NCBI GenBank assembly: GCA_943349945.1 | Contig: CALQZS010000002.1 | Span: 115,750 to 179,749, forward strand | DNA: 64,000 nucleotides | DNA from: Candidatus Nomurabacteria bacterium | Lineage (GTDB): Bacteria; Patescibacteriota; Minisyncoccia; Phycocordibacterales; SBAW01 | Direction: 5' to 3' | In this document: piece after piece, positions 20,032 to 28,162 of the stretch | Numbering within the stretch: position 1 is the first letter of the stretch | How the letters are laid out: each line of letters opens with the position of its first letter | Program-made: the position numbers and the translations under genes | The notes under the pieces: model-generated | Told to the model about the DNA's origin: nothing | The model's input: only the letters and a program-made list of their open reading frames with translations | The model's database searches: none

Positions 20032-20054
20032 CACAAAATATAAAAATTACTAGC
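20032..20054 (-). promoter_or_regulatory. Copy B of the repeated promoter-like motif
   Basis: Same 23-mer as copy A, with a TATATT -10-like hexamer. Confidence 0.35.
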
Positions 20055-20125
20055 GCTGCTAGGGTTGAAATTTGTACAAAAGAAAGAGTCGCAGCGAAGC
20101 TGCGACTCAGTGTGGAAAGGCCGGG

Positions 20126-20305
20126 TTAGTTGAGCACCCTGTCTCCCCTGTTAGTGGTGTCGGACAGACAGTTTGCGGCATTGCGTGCCGCACGAGCAGC
20201 ATACTCTTGCGCCGCCCTCCTTTCGATTGCGGCAAGTTCGGCGCGCGTTTCGGCACGCCACACCAAACGGATGCGCCGTTGGTAAAAGAAGCTTCCCGTA
20301 TCCAT
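20126..20305 (-). CDS. Small Ala/Arg-rich hypothetical protein (~59 aa)
   Basis: Terminator hairpin 20086-20108 just downstream. Weakly supported. Confidence 0.3.
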   Translation of the reverse strand: MDTGSFFYQRRIRLVWRAETRAELAAIERRAAQEYAARAARNAANCLSDTTNRGDRVLN

Positions 20306-20483
20306 ACCACTTCTCCTGTAGGTTGGCGTCTTTGCATAGAAACACAAAGACCTAGCTAAAATTAAAATACCATTACCGCCCAGGTTTGTAAAGAATTTAT
20401 GCACAGGTCTGACCTGCGCAACCAAAGTGCATATGTTGCTATAAAAAAAGGCCGGTCTTCGTACAGAAGACCGGCCAACGCCC

Positions 20484-20915
20484 CTAGTGACGTGTCGGTG
20501 TGTGGCGCAGATCGTAAAACCGATACAGCTCCGGCACAGGAAACGGCTCCGCCGAATCGAGCCACTTTTCTCCCTCGCCCTCCATCATCTCGCGAAGCAC
20601 TTCCGCACCTCGCTCCAAGTCGCTCGTACTGAGCAGGAAGTTGACCTTGCAGCCGCCTCCCTCCCAGTCAAACTGAGAATGAAAGAGGACCCCAGACCGG
20701 GCGCCGACCATATGCGACGCCCAGTAAGTCTCGATGACGCCATCCAGATGACCCACCAGCGGCATACGGTCTCTGCTCTTGAGGTGCAGCTCGCACGCCG
20801 CCTTCTTGAGCGCGGCACACACCGCATCCGGCAGCATCCCCGGACCATCCGAAACAAGCAGACACGACCACGAATCATGGAGCACAGCGGCTCTCCCCTT
20901 GTCCAAACTCGGCAT
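20484..20915 (-). CDS. Hypothetical protein (island gene)
   Basis: 143-aa ORF. Terminator hairpin 20450-20476 downstream. Confidence 0.4.
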   Translation of the reverse strand: MPSLDKGRAAVLHDSWSCLLVSDGPGMLPDAVCAALKKAACELHLKSRDRMPLVGHLDGVIETYWASHMVGARSGVLFHSQFDWEGGGCKVNFLLSTSDLERGAEVLREMMEGEGEKWLDSAEPFPVPELYRFYDLRHTPTRH

Positions 20916-21036
20916 ATAGTAACACGTTTTTAAAATTTGTCTGCTCTAGCCTTCGAGCTCTATAAACGAAGGGACTCTGCGTATAGGGAATAAAAAAAAT
21001 ACCCCAGACTTTGCTGTCTGGGGTGGGTGCGAGAGC

Positions 21037-21321
21037 CTACTGATTGTATATTGTCTCAAGCACCGCAAAGGGGTTTAGGCCTTCGAACTGCCAATTCAAG
21101 ATGTCTTCGATGAGCATGGCCCCTGTATCTGTTTCTGCCCACCAACACATGAATTGATGTAGCGTCATGTGCATGTACGGCGCAAAGGCCTCCTGCACCG
21201 ACTCGTGGTCGTCGGCAACTGGCGGATAGAGCTTGAGCACGTCGTGCACGGACGTATCAAGAAGTGCAATAACTTCAGCAAGCCGGTGGGCGACCAGGGA
21301 AACAGTGAGAGCGTTTGGCAT
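21037..21321 (-). CDS. Hypothetical protein (island gene, ~94 aa)
   Basis: Start at MPNALTV…. Terminator hairpin 21002-21023 downstream. Confidence 0.4.
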   Translation of the reverse strand: MPNALTVSLVAHRLAEVIALLDTSVHDVLKLYPPVADDHESVQEAFAPYMHMTLHQFMCWWAETDTGAMLIEDILNWQFEGLNPFAVLETIYNQ

Positions 21322-21851
21322 TGGGGCATCCTTACAAGGTCTGTAGCGAGTTTGAAAATAACACTTTTTATAAAGAGTACAAGTCCTTGGAAGTTGTAAC
21401 ATTCCCGTTTCTACTATAGCTTGGAGGAGGAGCAAAGCGAGCCAAAAGCTCAGGTCCCAAAATCATGGCTCAGCGTGAGGACTTAAGCCATGTGCCGAAG
21501 CTTTGGACTTTTGTGCGCAAGCACAAACAGTGATATGTTCCTGATGGAGGTACTTATGTGTAGTGTTAGCTCTTTGGGGCTATAAGCTGCATATTTGCCT
21601 TGAGGCGGGGTTACAACCCCATAATGTCTCCGGACCAAAACGCACCTCAAGCGAGGCCTTTGGTATCGTGTTGAAACGCCTAGTTGGTGAGGTAACGGCT
21701 TACCAAGGGGATGTGCCAACTTCTTGCGATATGCTTTGTGCAACGAAGAAGCCACTCATGGGGCCAGTACGTCATCGAACGTACGGCCCCATTTGCTTTT
21801 CTTTAAAATAAAAACCTGCTGCAGAGTTACCTCGCAGCAGGTTTTGGTGTG

Positions 21852-22316
21852 TTAGGCACGCATCAATCCTCGAAAGCGACCGCCAATACGCCTGGCTTCA
21901 ACGTAACTTTCGCCCGCGAAACGTACCACACGAATAGTCTCTCCGAAGGAGAAGCGCATTGCGTGCATCCACGCACCGACCGTAGCATCCTGAAGAGTGA
22001 TACCTTCTCTCCTCAACGCATCAGCAGTTGGTGCGAGCGGCGTGTTTGCCAGCCATTCGCGCCTAAACGCATCAGCCCCCATGCGCCGGACATTGTTCAT
22101 TGTGGGCAACATTCGTACGCCTAGGTTTTGATACGCGGTCGCGCATATGGCCAACTTTTCGTTGCGGGCCAGACGACTTGGATTTTGTGTGCGAGTCGCA
22201 GGTTGCCTAAAAGGTCCTCTGACGGCCCTTCCAAGTACCTTTTGGACAGGCCTACTGCTTTTATGCTTCACGGCTTTTCTCCCACAAAATGGAGCCTTCT
22301 GATGCCAGGATAGCAT
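21852..22316 (-). CDS. Hypothetical protein (island gene; the true start may be an internal Met)
   Basis: ORF followed by terminator 21815-21841. Confidence 0.35.
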   Translation of the reverse strand: MLSWHQKAPFCGRKAVKHKSSRPVQKVLGRAVRGPFRQPATRTQNPSRLARNEKLAICATAYQNLGVRMLPTMNNVRRMGADAFRREWLANTPLAPTADALRREGITLQDATVGAWMHAMRFSFGETIRVVRFAGESYVEARRIGGRFRGLMRA

Positions 22317-22426
22317 AATTCACTACTTTTTCATGAACATATTTAGAGTAAGGAGATGCAGAGCTTGGGGTTTGTATAAAAAAGAAAGCCGCTAGTTTCC
22401 TAGCGGCCAGTTGTAGACGTCTGACT

Positions 22427-23386
22427 TTATTTTACTTGATCCATAGCAGCCAGAGCTGCCGCCAGATCTTCTTGAGCAAGTGTAATTTCCGTTCGATAAG
22501 ACACTCGCGCAACCCAGCCCCGAATAATTGCTGGGGGCGCCGTTTCAAGAAGTTCTCGAACCTCCCTACACTCAGATCGAGCCTGGCTTATACGTCGCTC
22601 GATGGCTCGCCGTTGGCTGTGTGGGTCGGACATTCGTCCCCGAGTCGTTAGCCCCTCTTGTGTAGACAAGGCTTCGATTTCTCCACGCAAGGAACGTACA
22701 CTCACTTTCCCGTCGCGGACCCGCCGAGCAAGGGGGGCTTGTAGATCCTGCGGAAGGCGCGAAATCTCAATTGCCGCCGCAGGAGGGAGCACCTTCTTTC
22801 CCTTAGGCACTAGTTCGGGGTCGAGCATGTCCCTAACTTCGATAGTCAACCGACGAAGACCGTAGAGGTTTGTGGCATAGATTGGGTGGAAGCCAATAGA
22901 GTCAGCAATTTCTTGTATGGTCAGCTTCAACTGCTCGTGCATGTTGACGATCGAGTCGACGATCTCGAGTACTGTATGACCTTCGCGATTAAAGTTTGCA
23001 ATCGCCGACACAAGATATTGCGCCGCCTCGTCATCGATATCAACAATCATTGCTCGGTATGTAGGAATGTTGGCCAGCACTATTGCCCGCCAACGACGCT
23101 CTCCATCCACCAACTCGAAGTCGTGTCCGCCTTCTCCACCTGGTACTACGCGCAAATATCCAGGCATCAGTTGCCCTATCTGGGTAATAGATGACTGGAG
23201 CTTCTGTAGACGGTCGGGGTTGAAGAATTTGCGAGGCTGGTTCGTCATGGGACGTATCCTATGAACAGGGACAACCTCATATCGAGCCGAAGCAATTGCT
23301 ACACGGGCTTTTTCGAGCAAGGCCCGACCTTCTTCACGAGTCTGAACCCCCACAGAGGTCGGCAAGTCGCTAAGTAACTGGTCCAT
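22427..23386 (-). CDS. ParB/Srx-fold (ParB N-terminal domain) protein
   Basis: GERRWRA motif with preceding VPVHRIRP…. AAGGAGGG RBS. Terminator at 22387-22408. Confidence 0.65.
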   Translation of the reverse strand: MDQLLSDLPTSVGVQTREEGRALLEKARVAIASARYEVVPVHRIRPMTNQPRKFFNPDRLQKLQSSITQIGQLMPGYLRVVPGGEGGHDFELVDGERRWRAIVLANIPTYRAMIVDIDDEAAQYLVSAIANFNREGHTVLEIVDSIVNMHEQLKLTIQEIADSIGFHPIYATNLYGLRRLTIEVRDMLDPELVPKGKKVLPPAAAIEISRLPQDLQAPLARRVRDGKVSVRSLRGEIEALSTQEGLTTRGRMSDPHSQRRAIERRISQARSECREVRELLETAPPAIIRGWVARVSYRTEITLAQEDLAAALAAMDQVK

Positions 23387-23541
23387 AGGATCCCTCCTTT
23401 TTGTGTACTCAAGCACTCCTAACGAAAACGCTATCCGCCCCCACTGTAATAGATATGAGCCTAAAACACAAAATAAGGGTTTGTATAAAAAAGCCGCCTT
23501 GCACAAGACGGGGCGGGACGGCTAGGTGCTATGATGGGCGT

Positions 23542-24012
23542 GTGGTGAAAAAATATACCGACGAAGAGTACGCAGCCCTGCTGCCCAAGAAACAGGTTGG
23601 GACGGCTGTGTTGTTTTTTAATTCCAAAAACGAGTTGCTTGTAGTCAAACCAGATTACAGGGAAGAGTGGCTTGTGCCAGGCGGTGCCGCCGACGAAGAC
23701 GAATCACCACTCCACTGTGCCCTGCGCGAAACAGAGGAAGAAATTGGACTAAAGATGACCACACTACAACTGGTAGGAATATATTTTGCACATAAAAATG
23801 GAGTCTATACAGACTCTCTTAAATTTGTCTTTTATGGCGGAATACTAACCGAGGATCAAATTGCATCAATTAAACTAGATACAGAAGAACTGGAAGAATA
23901 TACTTTTATGCCTCTAGAAAATGCCCTACCCCTGCTGTCCCCTAGTTTGCAAAAGTGCGTACCCAAAAGTGTGGAGGCTATAAAAACTAACGCGGTGGTG
24001 TATGTGGAATAA
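23542..24012 (+). CDS. NUDIX hydrolase
   Basis: Nudix box GGAADEDESPLHCALRETEEEIGL. Probable GTG start. AT-richer than its flanks. Confidence 0.7.
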   Translation: MVKKYTDEEYAALLPKKQVGTAVLFFNSKNELLVVKPDYREEWLVPGGAADEDESPLHCALRETEEEIGLKMTTLQLVGIYFAHKNGVYTDSLKFVFYGGILTEDQIASIKLDTEELEEYTFMPLENALPLLSPSLQKCVPKSVEAIKTNAVVYVE

Positions 24013-24048
24013 AAAACGAGCCCCCATCTTGCGACAGGGGCTTAGCCT

Positions 24049-24417
24049 TTAGGGCTCGCAGACAAGGTACCCGTCGCTTATACACACCACCCAGTCCATG
24101 TCTTGGAGGCGTGTACTAACAGGTCCCATATGAGGTTGTTTGCCTTTCGACCACCCAAAGACGCTCACACAGCTTCCGTCGTAAAACGGAACAAATATGG
24201 GGTCTTTAACATTTAGCCCCAACTTAAGAGCCTCAACAACTTCTCCTGGAGAAAGTAATATACATTCCAAACGCAATCGCGCCAGAAAAGTATTCCAAGG
24301 AAGATACTGAAGCTCAAAGAATTGAGGATAAATAACTCTGGTTTTATACCCAGAGCGGAGTCGGACGGACTCAAGTATACAAGGCACGGCCTCTTCCTTT
24401 CCCCATGGATCATCCAT
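24049..24417 (-). CDS. Hypothetical protein
   Basis: 122-aa ORF with an AGGAGA RBS. Convergent with the NUDIX gene. Confidence 0.4.
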   Translation of the reverse strand: MDDPWGKEEAVPCILESVRLRSGYKTRVIYPQFFELQYLPWNTFLARLRLECILLSPGEVVEALKLGLNVKDPIFVPFYDGSCVSVFGWSKGKQPHMGPVSTRLQDMDWVVCISDGYLVCEP

Positions 24418-24689
24418 GTGGATGTCTCCTTATGTGTGTGTTCTGTAGCCATATGCATACTAACACAAGTATATGTTTTTGTAAAGTTTTTGCTCCGGCG
24501 CCAAGATAGGACTCGGCTCCGCATAAAAACTTTATCGTCATAAAGTTTTTTGCTAGCCGCGCCTCGCTCCCACGTCTGCTGACGCGGGGCCCGCTCCGGC
24601 GTTCGAGTCCTGGACGGAAGTGTCCCACACTTCCTCGCCTGGGGCTTGTAACGCAAAAATCGCCCAAAGGCGATTTGTTGCTAACCAAG

Positions 24690-24991
24690 CTCCGGCGCCA
24701 GGACTCGAACCTGGAACCAACTCCTTACACGTGAATCCCCCATTGCTGCGGGCGTGGACTATATCATCATCCCAACTTACAGGAAGTTGTCGGATGCGAG
24801 GCGCTTCGCGCTGCAAATCGCAGAGCTACTCCCTTGCGGGATAGTCTCTACACCTTCCCCAACATAACGTCGGGACTTGGCTCGGGATTGCCCCAAAGGG
24901 GTTTCCCCGAATTCACCTCGTTTTTCAATTCAGATTCCTCTGAAAGGCTGCCTTTAGACAGGGAGCTGCTCTACCATTGAGCTACACCGGA
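24690..24991 (-). tRNA. tRNA-Asn(GUU), interrupted in the anticodon loop by a 230-nt group I intron
   Basis: Exons fold as UCCGGUG-UA-GCUC-AAUGGUA-GAGC-A-GCUCC-CUGU|UAA-GGAGU-UGGUU-CCAGG-UUCGAGU-CCUGG-CGCCGGA-G. UCC acceptor start and G73 fit Asn. Confidence 0.65.
24728..24957 (-). ncRNA. Group I self-splicing intron
   Basis: P7 with R element GUAGAGACUAUC and S element GAUAUAGUCC. GCCAAGUCC P-like element. U at -1 paired to an internal guide GCAG. Terminal omega-G before UAAGGAGU. Confidence 0.65.
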
Positions 24992-25065
24992 ATATATCGA
25001 ACATTCAATATTATACATGTGTTTTTATTAATAACAAACTTAACACCTTGTGTTATACTTTTTGT

Positions 25066-25410
25066 ATGGATAAGGTTTGTAAAAAACATGGACAAACGAA
25101 ACATTTCCTGCGACCAGACGGGGCTTTCCGCTGCGGTAAGTGCGCTTCGAGTTGGGTAATACGAAACCGCCAGAAAAAGAAAATAAAACTAGTAGAGCAG
25201 TTTGGAGGAAAATGTATTGTCTGTGGTTATAAAAAATATGCCGGTGCATTAGATTTTCACCATCTAAATCCAAAGGAAAAGAGTTTTGCTCTGAGTGTCA
25301 AAGGCCTTTCCTATTCTTGGGAAAGTATTTTAGAAGAGGCAAAAAAGTGCGTGCTGGTGTGTAAAAATTGCCACACCGAAATTGAAGCTGGTATGACTGT
25401 GCTACAGTAA
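25066..25410 (+). CDS. HNH endonuclease
   Basis: CxxC…CxxC zinc knuckles, DFHHLNP…N…CKNCH HNH motif. About 40% GC. 74 nt from the tRNA 5' end. Confidence 0.75.
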   Translation: MDKVCKKHGQTKHFLRPDGAFRCGKCASSWVIRNRQKKKIKLVEQFGGKCIVCGYKKYAGALDFHHLNPKEKSFALSVKGLSYSWESILEEAKKCVLVCKNCHTEIEAGMTVLQ

Positions 25411-25648
25411 AGTCAGAACGGGTTTGAGAATGTCGGCACCGTTAGTCCAGGTGCTCCCTGGGCTCTGTGCTCTATGATTCTCAAAGGGAGGCGTGGGTGG
25501 TGCGAAACACCCACGCATTCTCTCTTTCAAAACAGGTGACTTACTGCTTTTTTGTACTACTTTTTTAGCGCACCATTGCCTATAGACAAATATTTTTACT
25601 GTACTATCGTATAGCAAGAAGTAACCATAAAACGCCCTGGAGGGACGC

Positions 25649-26158
25649 ATGCGTATACGTCGTCATTTAATTGAAGTGGATTTTACGTGCCCACACAAAG
25701 CGGCGGGCATGCCCGCCGTCCACACAGTCGAAGAGCGCGCCCGCGGCGCCGCACCACCCTACACCACTGTGCGCTTTCGCGACCTGCACGGCGAGGTGGT
25801 GGCATTTGCACGCCATACACACCAGCTGGGTAAAACTGCAGAGAAGTTGCGCAAGCAGCATGAGACTGCAAGAGGTTGGCACATGCGGGCCATTGAGTGG
25901 CAGCTCCGCCTAAGCATAGCGCGCGTACCTTCGCTCCACGACGTTGCACAATGTGCAGCACAGCAGCTGGAAGCAGCTATAGAAGCAAAGCAGAGTGTTG
26001 CTATCCAAACTGTCGACCTCAAGTGGCGCATAGTGCTGGGCGAAGAGTTGGACACCCTTGTGGCCACAGCGCAGCGGGCAACCTCTGCACATATTTTTGT
26101 CTACCCGCCACGTTCGTTATTGGCATACATGCCGCCTCTTTTACTGAACATAGGATAG
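25649..26158 (+). CDS. Hypothetical protein in a high-GC patch
   Basis: 169-aa ORF ending at a strong terminator. Many overlapping antisense ORFs, as expected at high GC. Confidence 0.4.
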   Translation: MRIRRHLIEVDFTCPHKAAGMPAVHTVEERARGAAPPYTTVRFRDLHGEVVAFARHTHQLGKTAEKLRKQHETARGWHMRAIEWQLRLSIARVPSLHDVAQCAAQQLEAAIEAKQSVAIQTVDLKWRIVLGEELDTLVATAQRATSAHIFVYPPRSLLAYMPPLLLNIG

Positions 26159-26162
26159 CCAG

Positions 26163-26197
26163 CACCCCCACCTGCCAAGTGGGGGTGTTTTTTTATT
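26163..26197 (+). terminator. Rho-independent terminator
   Basis: cacccccacctgccaagtgggggtg followed by TTTTTTTATTT. Confidence 0.6.
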
Positions 26198-26916
26198 TAT
26201 CCCAGCAGGCTATACCCCGGCGGCGGCCACGCATGCAACACCAACGCGAGCGCGATATAGAAAAGAAGATGTATGAGGTAGCTGTAGATAAACCCGCCTC
26301 GCACCCGCAGCAACAAGTATGGGAATACTAGCCCCGACAAGATTGCCGCAAGCGTCATCACCGCGGCATGCGGCGTGGGTGCGCTGCTGAGCAAAAACAG
26401 CGCCACGTGTCCCCCGCCAAACAGCAGGCTGTAACTCCGCATCACACGCGAGAGCGAATGGAAGTGGTGCCACAAGCCCCACACCAACGCCGCAATGAGC
26501 ACCTGTTGCATCAAAAGCTCGGCAGCTTTGGGCAAAAAGTACCAAGGTGTAGCAAGCAGCAGGTCGGTATAGGGCGCCAACACCGGCCCCTGTAGGGTGG
26601 GCAAAAAAGAAAACAAGCACACCAAGACCCATACCAACGCCGCAGACGCCAGGCACAGCCCGCCATACGCCCACAAAAGCGACGTGCGCGCAAAACGCGG
26701 GGCAAACAAATCCCAAAATACCCACACACTCGCCACAGCCCAAAACAAAAAGTACAGCGCCATGGTGATGGGCGATGCGTTGTAGCTGGCATCATAGCCA
26801 AACACCGGTGCAAACAAAAAATACCCGACGTTTGCCACCGCCCAAAGCGCCGTAACCTTGCCCAGAGTGGTATACAGCGGCGCCTCGTAGGAGTGTGTAT
26901 GTGCAATAGTCCTCAT
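26197..26916 (-). CDS. Polytopic membrane protein (CPBP-like is uncertain)
   Basis: 239 aa, about 7 hydrophobic helices. FGGGH and HxxxY patterns are only loosely CPBP-like. Confidence 0.45.
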   Translation of the reverse strand: MRTIAHTHSYEAPLYTTLGKVTALWAVANVGYFLFAPVFGYDASYNASPITMALYFLFWAVASVWVFWDLFAPRFARTSLLWAYGGLCLASAALVWVLVCLFSFLPTLQGPVLAPYTDLLLATPWYFLPKAAELLMQQVLIAALVWGLWHHFHSLSRVMRSYSLLFGGGHVALFLLSSAPTPHAAVMTLAAILSGLVFPYLLLRVRGGFIYSYLIHLLFYIALALVLHAWPPPGYSLLG

Positions 26917-26919
26917 ATT

Positions 26920-27495
26920 TTAGCCGCCGGTCTGCCAACGCTCAATTATTTCGAACGGGTAGGCAAGGTTTACAATATTGAGCAGCAGCCCGTCGCGTAT
27001 TTGGTATCCCACAAACAGCTCAAGCATCAACACCAGCGCCACACTCGCCCACAGCGGCAGCCGCCATGCCAACAAAAAGCCGCCCACCATAGCAAGCGTG
27101 TCGGAAAGCGAATTGAGTATGCTGTCGCCTACGTAGCCCTGGGCCAGTGCTTGGTTGCGGTAGTGCTCTATAACCATGGGCGTGTTTTCCAAAATCTCCC
27201 AAGCCACCTCGGCACCAAGCGCCACGACAAGCAGCCAGTGCCGCGGCACGCGAGGAAAGAACTTCCACAGCACTGCATAAAAAATGACTCCGTGGATGAT
27301 GTGCGAAAAGGTATACCAGTCAGAGAGGTGTTGCGAGTTACCCACCGAAGCGACCACACCCTCCCACACCTTTACATACCCACACTCGCACAAGGCAGGC
27401 TGCCCCAACAAAAAAAGTATAAACGCCTGCACAGCCAGGAAGCCTCCCGTGGCAAGCAAGCTTATGCGCCAAGACATGGCCTTATAGTACCGCAC
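26920..27495 (-). CDS. Membrane protein resembling the DUF2585/UPF0314 family
   Basis: GQPALCECG motif, NSQHLSDWYTFSHIIHG. About 190 aa with 4-5 TM helices. Confidence 0.45.
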   Translation of the reverse strand: MRYYKAMSWRISLLATGGFLAVQAFILFLLGQPALCECGYVKVWEGVVASVGNSQHLSDWYTFSHIIHGVIFYAVLWKFFPRVPRHWLLVVALGAEVAWEILENTPMVIEHYRNQALAQGYVGDSILNSLSDTLAMVGGFLLAWRLPLWASVALVLMLELFVGYQIRDGLLLNIVNLAYPFEIIERWQTGG

Positions 27496-27547
27496 CCTAG
27501 GTACCTTCGTTGTATACTAGTGGGCATTAGTACTAACACAATTCAGT

Positions 27548-27976
27548 ATGATGAATATTCTGTTTAAAAAAGGCCCCGTAGCACTTACCAACGCAGGTCC
27601 GCTGGTGTTGCGTTTGGCGCTCGGTGCCATCTTTGTCTACCACGGCTATGACAAAGTGTTTCTTAAAGGTATCCCTACCATAACCGGGTTTATGGCAAGC
27701 TTGGGGCTGCCATTCCCCACGCTTATGGCATACCTGTTGTCGTACGGCGAGCTAGTGGGTGGTGTGCTGCTTATCCTTGGGCTCCTTACCTACTGGGTAA
27801 GTATTGTGGACATGGTTATAGCCACTGTCGCCTTTGTAACGGTGCACATGGCAAACGGCTTTAGCGTCGGCCAAGGCGGGTATGAGTTTATGATGCTTAT
27901 CTTTGCTGCAGCGTTTGCATTGTTTGTAAGCGGTGCGGGCAAATATTCCCTCGACTGCGTATTGCGTAAAAACTAA
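27548..27976 (+). CDS. DoxX-family membrane protein
   Basis: 142 aa, four TM helices, LRLALGAIFVYHGYDK signature. Confidence 0.7.
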   Translation: MMNILFKKGPVALTNAGPLVLRLALGAIFVYHGYDKVFLKGIPTITGFMASLGLPFPTLMAYLLSYGELVGGVLLILGLLTYWVSIVDMVIATVAFVTVHMANGFSVGQGGYEFMMLIFAAAFALFVSGAGKYSLDCVLRKN

Positions 27977-28000
27977 CCATCCGTACATCAAATAAAAAAA

Positions 28001-28024
28001 GACCCTTCACGGGGTCTTTTTTTG
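28001..28024 (+). terminator. Rho-independent terminator
   Basis: gacccttcacggggtc followed by a T-tract. Confidence 0.6.
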
Positions 28025-28162
28025 TTTTTGTACAAGGTGAGATATAAATAGAAGAAAGTTTGACTACTGTAAAGGTATATGGTACAAAGGTCTTGGAGAG
28101 AGAAACCCCTCCTCCGAACCCACCGTGCCGCGGCCCAGGCCGCAGCCAGGAAAGGAAGTACG

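Noticed and set aside
21681-21708. An rRNA gene
   Set aside because: Only 28 nt resemble 16S. Flanking sequence does not continue the rRNA, so it is not annotated as rRNA.
21563-21811. 82-aa ORF in the island's non-coding stretch
   Set aside because: It reads straight through a perfect 11-bp terminator hairpin and the 16S-like 28-mer. RNA function is more plausible than coding.
23401-23541. N-terminal extension of the NUDIX ORF (MCTQALL…)
   Set aside because: The extension overlaps the ParB-like gene's start and RBS and covers a terminator-like element. The Nudix fold starts near the internal GTG at 23542.
24588-24640. A second tRNA gene
   Set aside because: The TTCGAGTCC T-loop-like segment lacks flanking stems that would complete a cloverleaf. 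I treated it as a fragment.
24690-24991. Alternative anticodon readings for the intron-containing tRNA (Thr-UGU, Thr-GGU, Asp-GUC)
   Set aside because: Only the CUGU|UAA split gives U at -1 with a complementary internal guide (GCAG) and a terminal intron G. The UCC acceptor start and G73 also favour Asn.
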